Shown: positions 38,131 through 48,723, counted from the stretch's first letter. The stretch: 64,000 bases of DNA from an uncultured Gemmatimonadales bacterium (GCA_963716255.1 OY970303.1:2560001-2624000), one strand, 5' to 3'. Program-made: numbers and translations. The notes: generated by a model from the sequence alone, not told the origin.

Positions 38131-38181
38131 ACCCGGGAACCCGGGGTGTAGAATATACGGTCCGCGTCCCGTGAAGGGGCG

Positions 38182-38208
38182 TGTGACCCGGTCGGGGGTC
38201 GGGTCGTC
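38182..38208 (+). promoter_or_regulatory. Candidate ECF promoter TGTGACC-N16-CGTC
   Basis: Identical motif and spacing at 40107-40133 in the same cluster. Confidence 0.55.
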
Positions 38209-38265
38209 AGTCCGTGTGGACCCCGTGTGCGGGTGCCACCGACCCCCCTGTCCGCCGCCAGTGCC

Positions 38266-38922
38266 ATGAACGACCGCATCCACGCTTACCTAGACGGCGA
38301 CCTGCCCCTGGACGACCTTTCTCCCGCGGAGCGCGACGCGCTCGCGGAGATGGAGGACGCGCTGGGCTCGGTGGTCGGCCAGCTGCGCGCCATGCCCGCC
38401 CCGGACCTCCGGGCGGCGGTCATGCGCAGCCTCCCGCCGCTCCCCGCCCGGGAGCCCGCGGCGGAGCCGGCCCTGTGGCGCAGGCTGGCGGACTGGCTGT
38501 GGAATCCGCGCCCGGTGAGCCTCACCTTCCGGCCCGCGTACGCGCTGGCCGGGGCCATGCTCGCGGCGTTCGCGATCGTGCAGGTGCCGCAGCTCGCCGC
38601 GCCCGCGGCGCCGCGCACCGCGCGGGTGGCGCCGCAGGAGCGCGAGCCCGCCACCGTGTACGTGCAGTTCAGGGTGGAGGCGCCCCAGGCTCACGACGTG
38701 GCCATCGCCGGCACCTTCACCGGCTGGAAGCCCGCCGACGTGCTCAAGGAGACGGCGCCCGGCGTGTGGACGGCGCTGATCCCGCTGCGCCCCGGGGTGC
38801 ACGACTACGCCTTCGTGGTGGACGGCAAGGAGTGGATCCCCGACGCCAACGCCACCCAGGTGAGGGACGACTTCGGCGGGACCAACAGCCGGATCTCGAT
38901 CCCCCCGCCCGGCTCCGCATGA
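38266..38922 (+). CDS. Anti-sigma-like membrane protein with C-terminal glycogen-binding (CBM48/AMPK-beta-like) domain
   Basis: IHAYLDGDL start, TM segment, V.IAG.F.GW...G.W...PG.HDYAFVVDG..W.PD...DDFGG.NS. Confidence 0.82.
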   Translation: MNDRIHAYLDGDLPLDDLSPAERDALAEMEDALGSVVGQLRAMPAPDLRAAVMRSLPPLPAREPAAEPALWRRLADWLWNPRPVSLTFRPAYALAGAMLAAFAIVQVPQLAAPAAPRTARVAPQEREPATVYVQFRVEAPQAHDVAIAGTFTGWKPADVLKETAPGVWTALIPLRPGVHDYAFVVDGKEWIPDANATQVRDDFGGTNSRISIPPPGSA

Positions 38923-40091
38923 CGTTCCGGTCTCCAAAAGCGGGGAGGAGCTTGCTCCTCCCCGCGCTCTTCTGTTGCCTGGCTCCCACCGCCGCCGCCG
39001 CCCAGTGGATCGCGGACGCCGCGGTGGGGCGCGCCGTTTACGACCCGGTGAACGCGCGGGTGGGGGCGGTCAACGCCTCGCTCGGGCTCCGCTACCGCGG
39101 AACGGGGCTCCGGCTCCACACCTCCGAGCGCTGGCTGTACCTGTCCGGGGGAACCGACCTGGGATCGGCGGGGCTGGGATGGGGCGCCGCCGGCGCCGGG
39201 GGGCGGCTCTCACTGCTCCGCGGCGCCGCCTGGGAGCTGGGGGTGGACGCGGGCGCCGACTTCTACGGCTACACCGCCTCCTCCTACGAGGTGGAGGTGA
39301 ACGGCATCCGGGTCACGGTGGACGAGCAGGGAGACTGGGGAGGCACCGTGGGGGCGTCCCCCACCCTGGAGCTCCGGCGCGGGCCGGTGGGGGTGGAGCT
39401 GAAGTCGGGGGTGGTCACCACCTTCGGCCCGGTCGAGGGGGGGGAATGGCTGGCCGTCACCGCGCTGGACGGGAGCGCCGCCGTCTCGGCCGCGGTCGCA
39501 CCCGGGGTGCAGGTGGGGGCGGTGGGCCGCTACATGCGCTTTCCCGAGGGCGGCTACCCGTACCTGGGCGGCTCCGTGCAGCTCGCCCGGGGGCCGGGCA
39601 CGCTCTGGGCCTTCGCCGGCCGCTGGATGTCGGACTCGCTGGCCTCGCCGCGCGGGGGCTACGGCGCGGGGGCGAGCGTCGCGGTGCGTCGCGGCCTGCA
39701 GGTGATGGGCGGGTGGCAGCAGGAGCCCAGCGACCCGCTGTACCTGAACGCGCCGCGGCGCACCTGGAGCCTGCGGGTGAGCCGCACCCTGGGAAGGACC
39801 GCGCCCGCGCTCCCCGGCCTCGCCCCCCCGGCTCCGGCGGACGGGAGCACGACCATCCGCATCCCCGCGGCCGCCGTGGCGGAGGCGCCCTCGGTGCTGG
39901 GCGACTTCACCGGGTGGCAGCCGGTGCCCATGGTGCGCAACGGCCCGTTCTGGGAGCTCCGCCTCCCCATCCCGCCGGGGATCCACCACTACGCCTTCCG
40001 CACCGCGGCGGGCGAGGTGTTCGTCCCCGACCACCTCCCCTCGGCCGACGACGGGATGGGCGGGAAGTCGGCGGTGCTGGTGGTCCAGTGA
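38919..40091 (+). CDS. Putative outer-membrane barrel protein with C-terminal glycogen-binding domain
   Basis: Signal peptide, amphipathic strands, GDFTGWQPVPM...PG.HHYAF...DDG.GG; ATGA overlap with the upstream gene. Confidence 0.75.
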   Translation: MTFRSPKAGRSLLLPALFCCLAPTAAAAQWIADAAVGRAVYDPVNARVGAVNASLGLRYRGTGLRLHTSERWLYLSGGTDLGSAGLGWGAAGAGGRLSLLRGAAWELGVDAGADFYGYTASSYEVEVNGIRVTVDEQGDWGGTVGASPTLELRRGPVGVELKSGVVTTFGPVEGGEWLAVTALDGSAAVSAAVAPGVQVGAVGRYMRFPEGGYPYLGGSVQLARGPGTLWAFAGRWMSDSLASPRGGYGAGASVAVRRGLQVMGGWQQEPSDPLYLNAPRRTWSLRVSRTLGRTAPALPGLAPPAPADGSTTIRIPAAAVAEAPSVLGDFTGWQPVPMVRNGPFWELRLPIPPGIHHYAFRTAAGEVFVPDHLPSADDGMGGKSAVLVVQ

Positions 40092-40106
40092 CCCGGGGAG
40101 CACGGT

Positions 40107-40133
40107 TGTGACCCCACCGATGGGTCATTCGTC
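40107..40133 (+). promoter_or_regulatory. Candidate ECF promoter TGTGACC-N16-CGTC
   Basis: Matches 38182-38208. Confidence 0.55.
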
Positions 40134-40188
40134 TCCTGTGCAGGACCCCGTGTTGGGGCCCATCCCGATCAGTCGAGGAACTGGTACG

Positions 40189-40824
40189 ATGAAGTGGATC
40201 CCGTTCATCGCCGTCCTCCTTCTCCTCGCGCCGCTCTCGCTGGGCGCGCAGGGACAGGGAGACCCGGCGCAGAGGATCGAAGCCGCCAGGCGCCGCGCGG
40301 ACGCCACCGGGATCCCGGTGGCGCTGCTCGACCTGAAGGTGGCCGAGGGCCGCGCCAAGGGCATCCCGGCGGACCGGATCGCGGGCGCTGTGGAGATCCG
40401 GCTGTCGCTGCTGACCCGGGCGCGCGAGGCCATGGCGGCGGCGGGCCGCGGCACCCTCACGGCCGCCGACCTGTCGGCGGGGGCGGACGCCCTCGCGGCG
40501 GGGGTGAGCACGGAGGCGCTGGGCTCGCTGACCCGCAGCGCCCCCGGCGACCGGCGCGCGGTGGCCATCGCGGTGCTGGCGCAGCTCGTCCAGGAGGGCG
40601 ACGGATCGGAGCGCGCCCTGGAGCGCGTCCGGCTGGCGCTCGCCAACCCGGAAACGCTGCGGACGCTCCCCGGCCAGGTGCGGCGCGGGAACGGCGTGCA
40701 GGGCGGGCACCCCGGCAACGCCGACGCGGAGGGGCTGAACAGCAGCGCCCCGCCGGGAGGCGTCGGCGGCGCGGCCCGGCCGGTGAACGGCGACAACAGC
40801 CAGAAGCGCCCCCGCCGCCCGTAG
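40189..40824 (+). CDS. Secreted helical hypothetical protein
   Basis: Signal peptide; K.AEG.AKGIP..RI motif. Confidence 0.75.
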   Translation: MKWIPFIAVLLLLAPLSLGAQGQGDPAQRIEAARRRADATGIPVALLDLKVAEGRAKGIPADRIAGAVEIRLSLLTRAREAMAAAGRGTLTAADLSAGADALAAGVSTEALGSLTRSAPGDRRAVAIAVLAQLVQEGDGSERALERVRLALANPETLRTLPGQVRRGNGVQGGHPGNADAEGLNSSAPPGGVGGAARPVNGDNSQKRPRRP

Positions 40825-40857
40825 GTCCGCGCGCAGCGGCCTTGCATCCGCCGCGCC

Positions 40858-40895
40858 GAGGCGCCGCCCACCCCGGGCGGCGCCTTCGTTTTTTT
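40858..40895 (+). terminator. Intrinsic terminator
   Basis: GGCGCCGCCC...GGGCGGCGCC followed by a T tract. Confidence 0.75.
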
Positions 40896-41026
40896 CCCGG
40901 CCCCGCGCGGAGCAGCGTTGCGTCGCCCCCTTCCCCACATCAACTTTGGGCCGGCCCGCCGGCCGAACCGCCGGACGCCACGGGGGTAATGGAGCGGGCA
41001 ACCACAGCGAACAGGCTACACGTCAG

Positions 41027-41635
41027 ATGATAGAGATCACGCAGGCCGCGCGCGGAAAGATCCAGTCGCTCATCGACGCGGAGCTCGTGCGCGAGCCTGC
41101 GCTCCGCATCGGGCTGGCCCCGGAGGCCGAGCGCCGCAGTCCCCTGCAGCTCCCGTACGTGATCTCCCTGGTGGAGCGCGAGGACAAGGAGCGCACCGAG
41201 ATCGCCATCAACGTGGAGGGGATCCGGGTGCTCCTCAACCTGGACACTTCCAACCTGCTCAGCGGGGCCACCATCGACTGGCTCCAGGACGAGGGCGCCA
41301 GCGGCTTCCAGGTACGCACCCCGGAGCCGGTGCGGCGCCCTCCCCGGCCGGCGGGGGAGGCTTCCACGGCTTCCGGTCCGCTCGCGGAGCGGGTGCAGGC
41401 GGTGTTCGAGGAGCTGGTGAACCCGCGCATCGCGTCGCACGGCGGGGCGGTGGAGCTGGTGGACGTGGAGGACAACAATGTCTACATCCGCATGAGCGGC
41501 GGCTGCCAGGGGTGCTCCGCGTCGGCGGCCACGCTGCGCATGGGGATCGAGCGGACGCTGCGGGAGGAGATCCCGGAGGTGGGCGAGATCCACGACGTGA
41601 CCGACCACGACGCGGGGGTCAGCCCGTACTTCTGA
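41027..41635 (+). CDS. nfuA: NfuA-like Fe-S carrier (degenerate A-type domain plus NifU C-terminal domain)
   Basis: VNPRIASHGG.VEL...GGCQGC...DVTDH..G..PYF. Confidence 0.85.
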   Translation: MIEITQAARGKIQSLIDAELVREPALRIGLAPEAERRSPLQLPYVISLVEREDKERTEIAINVEGIRVLLNLDTSNLLSGATIDWLQDEGASGFQVRTPEPVRRPPRPAGEASTASGPLAERVQAVFEELVNPRIASHGGAVELVDVEDNNVYIRMSGGCQGCSASAATLRMGIERTLREEIPEVGEIHDVTDHDAGVSPYF

Positions 41636-41657
41636 TCCGGCTTTTTACGGCTGGTTT

Positions 41658-41786
41658 GGGCGTGCCCCCGGCTGGCGCCGGGGTCGGGCTTCGGCTCCGT
41701 AAGCGAGCAAACAACGCTCGCTAACGGAGTCGAGCCCGCGCAAACAGCCGCGCGGTCTCGCCCCTTCGGGCCGAAATCCCTCACGC
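41658..41786 (+). repeat. Structured repeat family A, copy 6
   Basis: Family A consensus with GCGAGC/GCTCGC inner stem. Confidence 0.95.
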
Positions 41787-41887
41787 AACTACTTTCCCGT
41801 TCTCTAGATCCAGCAGTTGCCCCCTCTCCCAGAATTGGGAGAGGGTGGCGGCTCTAAGGCCGCCGGGTGAGGGCTTGCGGGGCCGCG

Positions 41888-44800
41888 CTACGGGTGCGCG
41901 GCCCCGCCTTCGTGCTCCGTCCTGCGCTCGGCACCGGCCGAGCGGCGATCGCCGGCGGCGACCGTCGCGGCCGCGTCGCCCGAGCGCCTCGCGTCGGGCT
42001 CCGCGCCGCCGTCCTCCGGCGGGGGCGGGCCGGCGCGGGGGAGCACCAGGGAAAAGACGCTGCCGCGGCCGGGGTCGCTCTCCACCTCGATCCGGCCGCC
42101 GATGAGGGCGGCGTAGCGGCCGGACAGGTACAGGCCCAGGCCTGTGCCCTCGTGCGCGCGGTTGAAGCCGCTCTGCAGCTGCTCGAAGGGGCGGAAGAGG
42201 CGGGCCTGGTCCGCGGGGGTGATCCCCGGGCCGGTGTCGGCAACGGACAGCACCACCTCGTCGGCGCGCGGCCGCACCGAGATGCGCACCTCGCCGTGCT
42301 CGGTGAACTTGACGGCGTTGCCGGCCAGGTTGATGAGCACCTGGCGGACCTTGTCCGCGTCACTGGGGATGGTGGCTTCGCCGGGGCACCGGTCGATGCC
42401 GAAGGCCAGCGACTTGTCGCCGGCGAGCGGCTCGATCACCGCGGCCACCTCCTCCGCCAGCGCGCACAGGTCCACCTCGGCGATGCGCACCTCGGTGCGC
42501 CCCGCCTCCAGCCGCGCGAACGAAAGCACCTCCTCGATCAGCCCGCGTAGGTGGCGCGACGCCGCCCCGATGCGGCCCATGGCCTCGCGCTGCGCGGCGG
42601 TCACCGGGCCGTGGAGCTCCATCTCCAGCAGCTGCAGGTGGCCCAGCACCGCGTTCAGCGGCGTGCGCAGCTCGTGGCTCATGGTGGCGATGAAGTCCGA
42701 CTTGGCGCGCGACGCCTCCTGGGCCGCCTCCAGCAGGCGGGCGTTGCGCAGCGCTACCGCGGCGTGGTCGGCGAAGGCGGCCAGCAGCGCGGCGTCGGCC
42801 GGGCGGAAGGGCTCGTCGCTCCGGGCGGCGGTGAGCACCCCCAGCGCCTCGTCGCCCACCCGCAGCGGGACGGACGCCTCGTAGCGCCCCTCGCGCTCCA
42901 GCGCGGGAACGGCCTCGTGCAGCGGCCCCTCCAGCAGCCTCTTCTCCACGGCGACCAGGGTGCCCACCGGGCTCCCCGCCGCGCCCGAGGTGGCGACCAC
43001 CTCCAGCTCGCGGCCCTCGCCCTCGCCGCGCAGGAGAGCCACCGTGCACGCGTCCGAGCGGACGATGCGCCCCGCCTCGCGCGCGACCACCGCCAGCGTT
43101 TCCCTCAAGCCCTGCGCGGCCGAGATGGTCCGCGCCACCGTGCGGATCGCCTCGCTCTCCCGGGCGCGGCGGCGCTCGGCGGCCACCAGACCGGCGTTCT
43201 CCACAGCGACGGCGGCGTGGCGGGCCAGCCGCTCCAGCAGGCTCAGGTCCGCGTCCGTGAAGCTTCGCCCGCCGGAGCGCGAGCGCACGGCCGTGAGCGT
43301 CCCCAGCGCCCCCGAGCGCCCGGTGAGCGGCGCCAGGATCACGGAGCCCACCTGCTCCGGGTCGATGTAGGCGCGGCGGATCCGCGGGTCCGAGCCCGCG
43401 TCGGGGAGGAGCACCGGGCTCCCCTGCCGCACCACCCAGCCGAGCACCGAGTCCTCCAGGGGGATCTCGCACCCGGCGGTGGAGGCCAGCAGCCCCAGCG
43501 CGTAGTCGGCGGCGCGCAGCGTCCGCCCGCCGGGCCGGAGCAGGGCGATCCCGCACCCGTCGGGGTCCACCAGCCGGTTGGCCGCGTCGGTGATGCGCCT
43601 CAGCAGCTCGTCCGCGTCCAGCGTGGAGGCCAGCGACCGGGCGATCTCGCCCAGCTCCACCAGCTCCTCGGTGCGCCCGGCCAGCGATCCGGCCATGTGG
43701 TCGAAGGCGCGGCCCAGCTCGTGGATCTCCAGCGGCGCGGCCTGGGGAAGGCTCCCCACCCGCGCGTCCAGCCCGCCCGCGGCCAGCGCCGTGGCGGCCT
43801 CGCGCATGCGCAGCAGGGGGCCGGCGAGGTAGCCGGCCAGCACGTCGCTGATCCCCAGCGCCAGCAGCGTCACGCCGATGAGGAGCGCCAGCAGGCGCAC
43901 GTACGACTCGGCGGCGAACGCCTGGATCCCGGAGTACGGCTGCTCCGTCCACACCCACCAGTCCAGCGCCTGGATGTGGGCGACGCCGGCCAGCACCTGC
44001 CCGGCGTTCTCCGCGGTGGCGGGAGCCCTCCCCCTCACCGGGTAGGTGGCGGTCCCGTCCTGTCCCACCACCCGCACGGCGGCGAACACCAGCGAGTCCT
44101 GGAGGGTTCGCGGGGCCTCGCCGGGCCGGTAGCGGGCATAGGTGTCCAGCACCAGCGTACCGCGTCCGTCCGCCACGCGCAGCCGGGCCGCCGGGACGGA
44201 GGGCGAGGTCGGGCGGGGGAGCGCCTTGAGGTCCAGCGCGCCCAGGACAAACCCGGCGAGCGTGTCGGCCAGGACGATGGGGTGGGCGATCACCACCAGC
44301 GGCTCGTCCACCCCGCCCCGCCCGGCGAACACCTCGGACACCACGGTGCGGCGGGTGTCGCGCAGCCTGCGGAAGTAGCCGCGGTCGCTGAAGTCCAAGC
44401 CCAGCAGGGAGTCGCCGCGGGCATTGACGGCCGGCTCGAACGCGAGCGTGACGGCGCGGGAATCCGCGGCGTACATGTCCACGAAGCCGGGGAACTGGTC
44501 CTGCTCCGCCCGGACCAGCCGCTGCAGCTGCGCCGGGTCGATCACCCCCTGCAGCTCCGCCGCCTGGGCGACGGAGCGCACCGAGCTCGCGTGCAGCGCC
44601 ACGTACTGGTCCAGCCCGGAAGCATACGAGCGCGCCGCCAGCGCTACCCGCTCCCTCGCGCGCTCCACGCTCTGCTCCCACTCCTGGCGCCCGGTCCAGA
44701 TCCCGAAGCCCAGCGCCGGGGTGACGGCGGCGAGCGCGACCACCACCGCCAGCGCCGAGCGGAGGCGGGCGGCGGTCTTCACGCGCAGCGCCCGGCGCAC

Positions 44801-45277
44801 CAGCGGGATCAGGTAGAGCGCTTCCGCCCCCAGGGCGTTGATCAGCCCGTTGAACGGCTGCTTGAGGAAGAGCACCGCGGCCGCGTCGCCGGAGACGCCC
44901 AGGACCAGGCCGTAGGTGAGGAAAAGCAGGGGGAGTCCCGCGAAGAGCCAGTACAGGAGGTCGGCCACCAGGGGGCGGCGGCCGCGCACGTGCGACAGGT
45001 ACCCCACCGCCGCGCCCTCCAGGCTGAAGATCAGCCAGGCGTACGGGTGGTTCCACAGGGTGAGGGTGCCCACCGAGGCGATGGCGGCGGCCAGGAACCC
45101 CGGGCCGGGGCCAAGCGCCACCGCGGCCAGCAGGTACGCCACCCCGCCGAACAGCAGGTCCGTCCCCGGCGAGAGCGGGACGGGATACAGGTTCAGCCCC
45201 CAGCCGGCGATCCCCAGGAGGACCGCGGCCCCCCAGCGGAACGCGAGGATGCGGCCGCGCAGCCCCGGGTTCCGCAA
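41888..45277 (-). CDS. Membrane sensor histidine kinase (multi-TM, Cache, HAMP, two GAF, HisKA, HATPase)
   Basis: DFSDRGYF, SHELRTPLN, NAVKFT, DTGPGI and GTGLGL motifs; TTG start uncertain. Confidence 0.9.
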   Translation of the reverse strand: MRNPGLRGRILAFRWGAAVLLGIAGWGLNLYPVPLSPGTDLLFGGVAYLLAAVALGPGPGFLAAAIASVGTLTLWNHPYAWLIFSLEGAAVGYLSHVRGRRPLVADLLYWLFAGLPLLFLTYGLVLGVSGDAAAVLFLKQPFNGLINALGAEALYLIPLVRRALRVKTAARLRSALAVVVALAAVTPALGFGIWTGRQEWEQSVERARERVALAARSYASGLDQYVALHASSVRSVAQAAELQGVIDPAQLQRLVRAEQDQFPGFVDMYAADSRAVTLAFEPAVNARGDSLLGLDFSDRGYFRRLRDTRRTVVSEVFAGRGGVDEPLVVIAHPIVLADTLAGFVLGALDLKALPRPTSPSVPAARLRVADGRGTLVLDTYARYRPGEAPRTLQDSLVFAAVRVVGQDGTATYPVRGRAPATAENAGQVLAGVAHIQALDWWVWTEQPYSGIQAFAAESYVRLLALLIGVTLLALGISDVLAGYLAGPLLRMREAATALAAGGLDARVGSLPQAAPLEIHELGRAFDHMAGSLAGRTEELVELGEIARSLASTLDADELLRRITDAANRLVDPDGCGIALLRPGGRTLRAADYALGLLASTAGCEIPLEDSVLGWVVRQGSPVLLPDAGSDPRIRRAYIDPEQVGSVILAPLTGRSGALGTLTAVRSRSGGRSFTDADLSLLERLARHAAVAVENAGLVAAERRRARESEAIRTVARTISAAQGLRETLAVVAREAGRIVRSDACTVALLRGEGEGRELEVVATSGAAGSPVGTLVAVEKRLLEGPLHEAVPALEREGRYEASVPLRVGDEALGVLTAARSDEPFRPADAALLAAFADHAAVALRNARLLEAAQEASRAKSDFIATMSHELRTPLNAVLGHLQLLEMELHGPVTAAQREAMGRIGAASRHLRGLIEEVLSFARLEAGRTEVRIAEVDLCALAEEVAAVIEPLAGDKSLAFGIDRCPGEATIPSDADKVRQVLINLAGNAVKFTEHGEVRISVRPRADEVVLSVADTGPGITPADQARLFRPFEQLQSGFNRAHEGTGLGLYLSGRYAALIGGRIEVESDPGRGSVFSLVLPRAGPPPPEDGGAEPDARRSGDAAATVAAGDRRSAGAERRTEHEGGAAHP

Positions 45278-45282
45278 CGGGG

Positions 45283-46575
45283 CTACCCCGCCCTCCGCGT
45301 CTTGCGGCGGAGAAAGTCCTTCATGATGTACTGCCCCAGGGTGAGCGTGGTGGTGAAGTACGCCTTGCCCCGCGCGATCTCCGTGACCCGGTTCACGAAG
45401 GCCACCAGGTAGGGGTCGCGGGCCAGCATGAAGGTGTTGATGAGGATCCCGGCCTTGCGGCAGGCGGCGACCTCCTGGAAGGTCTCGCGCAGCACCCGCT
45501 GGTCCAGCCCCATGGAGTTCTTGTAGACGCGCCCGTCCGGGAGCGTCACGGCGGACGGCTTGCCGTCGGTGATCATCACCACCTGGCGCATGTCCTTGTT
45601 CTGCGCCAGGAGGAGCCGCCGCGCCAGCTTCAGCCCTTCCGCGGTGTTGGTGTGGAAGGGGCCCACCTGCGCGTGCGACAGCCGCGACAGCGGGATCTCG
45701 TCCGCCCGGTCGCCGAAGGTGACCACCCGCAGGGTGTCGCCGGGGAACTGCGTGCGGATGAGGTGCGAGAGCGCCAGCGCCACCTTCTTGGCCGGGGTGA
45801 AGCGGTCCTCGCCGTACAGGATCATGGAGTGGCTGGTGTCCAGAAGGAGCACGGTGGCGCAGCTGGAGCGGTACTCGGACTGGTGGACGTACAGGTCGCC
45901 GTAGTCCAGGTCGATCCTGCCGTCCTCACGCAGGCCGTCGTGGGCGAGCGCGCTCCTGAGGGTGGCGGGGATGTCCAGGTTCAGGGTGTCGCCGAACTGG
46001 TACGGCCGGCTGGCGGACTCCGCCTCCACCCCGGTGGCGAGGTGCGGGGTATCGTGCGAGCCGAAGGAGGACTTGCCCATGGCGCCCAGCAGACCGCGGA
46101 GGGTGCGGTACCCCAGGAAGTCGATTCCCTTGCCGGTCAGGTTGAACTCCACCTGCCGGGCGGCGGAGCGCGCCTCGTCCACCTTTCCCTCGCCGGCCTC
46201 CGGCGGCGGACCGCCGGGCGCGCCGGGCTGCGTCACGTTGAGGTAGCCCTCCTCCACCAGCCGCTCGATCAGCCGGTCCAGCAGGTCGGCGATCTCCTGC
46301 CGCAGGGTGTCGTCCCCCTCGCCGTCGCCGCGCAGCTCCGCCAGCATCTCCGGCGTGAGCTGTCCGCTCTCGATGAGGGCGCGGAGGAGCGCGTCCCGCA
46401 GGGCGTCCATGGAGTGGTCGTCGTCGTCGCCGAACTCGCCCCAGTACGGGTGCGAGTGCGGCCCGCCGGCGAACCCGCTCTGCAGCAGGAAGTCGGAAAG
46501 GTGGTCGAGCAGCGCCTGGAGGTTGAGGGCGTCCGCGCGATTGCCGGTGTAGCGGGTATAGTTGGTGAATCGCAT
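45283..46575 (-). CDS. von Willebrand factor A domain protein
   Basis: [18 protein letters not shown] and MITDGKP motifs. Confidence 0.88.
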   Translation of the reverse strand: MRFTNYTRYTGNRADALNLQALLDHLSDFLLQSGFAGGPHSHPYWGEFGDDDDHSMDALRDALLRALIESGQLTPEMLAELRGDGEGDDTLRQEIADLLDRLIERLVEEGYLNVTQPGAPGGPPPEAGEGKVDEARSAARQVEFNLTGKGIDFLGYRTLRGLLGAMGKSSFGSHDTPHLATGVEAESASRPYQFGDTLNLDIPATLRSALAHDGLREDGRIDLDYGDLYVHQSEYRSSCATVLLLDTSHSMILYGEDRFTPAKKVALALSHLIRTQFPGDTLRVVTFGDRADEIPLSRLSHAQVGPFHTNTAEGLKLARRLLLAQNKDMRQVVMITDGKPSAVTLPDGRVYKNSMGLDQRVLRETFQEVAACRKAGILINTFMLARDPYLVAFVNRVTEIARGKAYFTTTLTLGQYIMKDFLRRKTRRAG

Positions 46576-46965
46576 GCTCTCACTCCCGGATGACGCCACC
46601 GCACTGCGAGACCAGCACATCCCGGGCCATCCGACCGCCGCGCGGATGGCCCGCCCTCGTTGCAAGCTACGGGGCCCGGCCCCACCGGAACAGGGAAACG
46701 AGCCCGGGCGATGTCCCCGCCCCGCGGAGCGAAGCCGCCCGCGCCGACTCCGGGGCGGCGCCGGCGCGCGCGGGACGTTCACGGCGCTCCGGCACCGCGA
46801 CTTCCCCCCGGCGGACGCGGCCCGCGGGGGTTTTCGCCGGCCGCCGGCCGCGGGCCCGGGCGCGCGCCGCGCGCCCCCCTCGCCGGGATGGGCGTATCTC
46901 CTTATATTGACCCAACCTCGCGTCCCCCTGGACGCTCTTCCCCGGCGCGTTCCCTGGACGACCAC

Positions 46966-47370
46966 GTGGATCGAAAACCGGTAATCCGGGCAGTCCTGGG
47001 CGCGCTGCTGGCGCTTGCGGCCGCCGGGCGCCCCGGGGCCGCGCAGACCATCGAGCGCGACGGCCAGCGGGTGGAGGTGCAGGTGTCCGCGAACTCCAGC
47101 GGCTCCACGGCGGTGTGCCTGGAGAGCCACCCGAGCGTCAGGGGACGGAAGAAGCTCACCGTGTGGTACGGGAGCGCCTCGGCCCGGCTCGGCACCACGG
47201 CGGACGACCGCGGCCCGCACTGCGCCTTCTTCGACCCGACGGGGCCCCGCTTCACCGTCCGGCTGGAGTACTCGCAGCTGGTGCTGCTGACGGCGATCCT
47301 GGCGGACCGCGAGTTCGACCGCGAGGAGATGCGCGGCAAGACGATCACCTTCCGATGGGTCGCCGAGTGA
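46966..47370 (+). CDS. Small secreted hypothetical protein
   Basis: Signal-peptide-like N-terminus; stop overlaps the mutY start (GTGA). Confidence 0.6.
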   Translation: MDRKPVIRAVLGALLALAAAGRPGAAQTIERDGQRVEVQVSANSSGSTAVCLESHPSVRGRKKLTVWYGSASARLGTTADDRGPHCAFFDPTGPRFTVRLEYSQLVLLTAILADREFDREEMRGKTITFRWVAE

Positions 47371-48467
47371 CCCACCCCCGCCCCCGCGGCGGCCTCCCCC
47401 TCCTCCGCGAGCGCCTCCTCCGCTGGTACGACGAGCACCGCCGCGACCTCCCCTGGCGCGCCGCGCCGGGCGAGGCGCCGGACCCGTACCGCGTGTGGCT
47501 GTCGGAGGTGATGCTCCAGCAGACGCGCGTGGAGACGGTGCGCCCGTACTTCGAGCGGTGGCTGGAGCGCTTCCCCAGCCTCCCCGCGCTGGCCGGCGCC
47601 CCGCTGGACGACGTGCTCAAGCAGTGGGAGGGGCTGGGCTACTACTCGCGTGCCCGCAACTTCCACCGCGCGGTGCGCGAGGTGGCGGAGCGCTACGCGG
47701 GCGAGGTCCCGGGCGACCCGGAGGCGTTCCGCGCCCTGCCGGGGGTGGGGCGCTACACGGCGGGGGCGGTGATGTCCATCGCCTTCGGGCGGGAGGAGCC
47801 GCTGGTGGACGGCAACGTGCGCCGCGTGTTCGCCCGCTGGACGGACGCGCCGGAGCCCGCGGAGGCGGACCTGTGGGCGCTGGCCGACGCCCTGGTCCCC
47901 GGCGAGCGCCCGGGCGACCTGAACCAGGCGGTGATGGAGCTGGGGGCCACGGTGTGCGTCCCGCGCGGCCCGCGCTGCGGCGAGTGCCCGGTGCGCGAGC
48001 ACTGCCGCGCCTTCGCCGCAGGCACGCAGGACCAGCGCCCCCTGCCCCGCAAGGCGAAGCCCACGCCGCACGAGGACACCGCCAGCGCGGTGGTGGAGCA
48101 CGAGGGGCGGCTGCTCCTGGTGCGCCGCCCGGTGGACGCGCGGCTGGGCGGGATGTGGGCCTTTCCCGCGGCGGTCCGCCGCCCCGGCGAGACCGCCGGC
48201 GCGGCGGCGGAGCGCGCCGTGCGCGAGGGGCTGGGGGTGGAGGTGCGGGCGGGGGAGGAGATCGCGCGGGTGCCGCACGCCTTCACCCACGTGCGCGTGA
48301 CCTACCGCGCAGTGCGCTGCGCGTGGGCCGGCGGCGCCCCGCGTCCGCTCGGCTACGACGCCTGGGCGTGGGCGGGTCCGGAGGAGCTGGACGCCTACGC
48401 GCTCCCGGTCGCACAGAGAAAGATCGCCGCGCTGGCGACCGAGGCGACGCTTTTCGGCGGGCTCTGA
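47367..48467 (+). CDS. mutY: A/G-specific adenine glycosylase
   Basis: SEVMLQQTRV, WEGLGYYSRARN, LPGVGRYTA, VDGNV and C-x6-C-x2-C-x5-C motifs. Confidence 0.96.
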   Translation: MTHPRPRGGLPLLRERLLRWYDEHRRDLPWRAAPGEAPDPYRVWLSEVMLQQTRVETVRPYFERWLERFPSLPALAGAPLDDVLKQWEGLGYYSRARNFHRAVREVAERYAGEVPGDPEAFRALPGVGRYTAGAVMSIAFGREEPLVDGNVRRVFARWTDAPEPAEADLWALADALVPGERPGDLNQAVMELGATVCVPRGPRCGECPVREHCRAFAAGTQDQRPLPRKAKPTPHEDTASAVVEHEGRLLLVRRPVDARLGGMWAFPAAVRRPGETAGAAAERAVREGLGVEVRAGEEIARVPHAFTHVRVTYRAVRCAWAGGAPRPLGYDAWAWAGPEELDAYALPVAQRKIAALATEATLFGGL

Positions 48468-48496
48468 GCTCCCCGCCGCCGCCCTCCCGACACACC

Positions 48497-48529
48497 GAAG
48501 CCCCCGCGGCACCTGCCGCCGGGGGCTTC
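48497..48529 (+). terminator. Hairpin downstream of mutY
   Basis: GAAGCCCCCG...CGGGGGCTTC. Confidence 0.55.
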
Positions 48530-48569
48530 TCGCGTCGTAATCGCGTGCAGCGCGACACCGAACTTCAAA

Positions 48570-48723
48570 GCGCTCTGGCGGGCTTCGGAGTTGAGGGTCG
48601 GCCAGGGGAGGCTCCTCCGGCGGTGCGAAACTCGCCCACCGGTTGAGCAGGTCCGCGAGATCACGCTGGCTTCGAACAAACGCACCGCCTGCGGACCCTC
48701 CCCCGACCTCCCTGCGCTAGATC
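48570..48723 (+). repeat. Structured repeat family C, copy 2
   Basis: Homologous to 9576-9746; nested stems GGTCGG/CCGACC, GGGGAGG/CCTCCCC and GCGGTGCG/CGCACCGC. Confidence 0.8.

Noticed and set aside
41482..41784. Recurrent short ORFs such as MRDFGPKGRD... and ...ACPRLAPGSGFGS... in the ORF track
   Set aside because: They are translations of repeat A with inconsistent starts and stops; the variation preserves base pairing, not codons.
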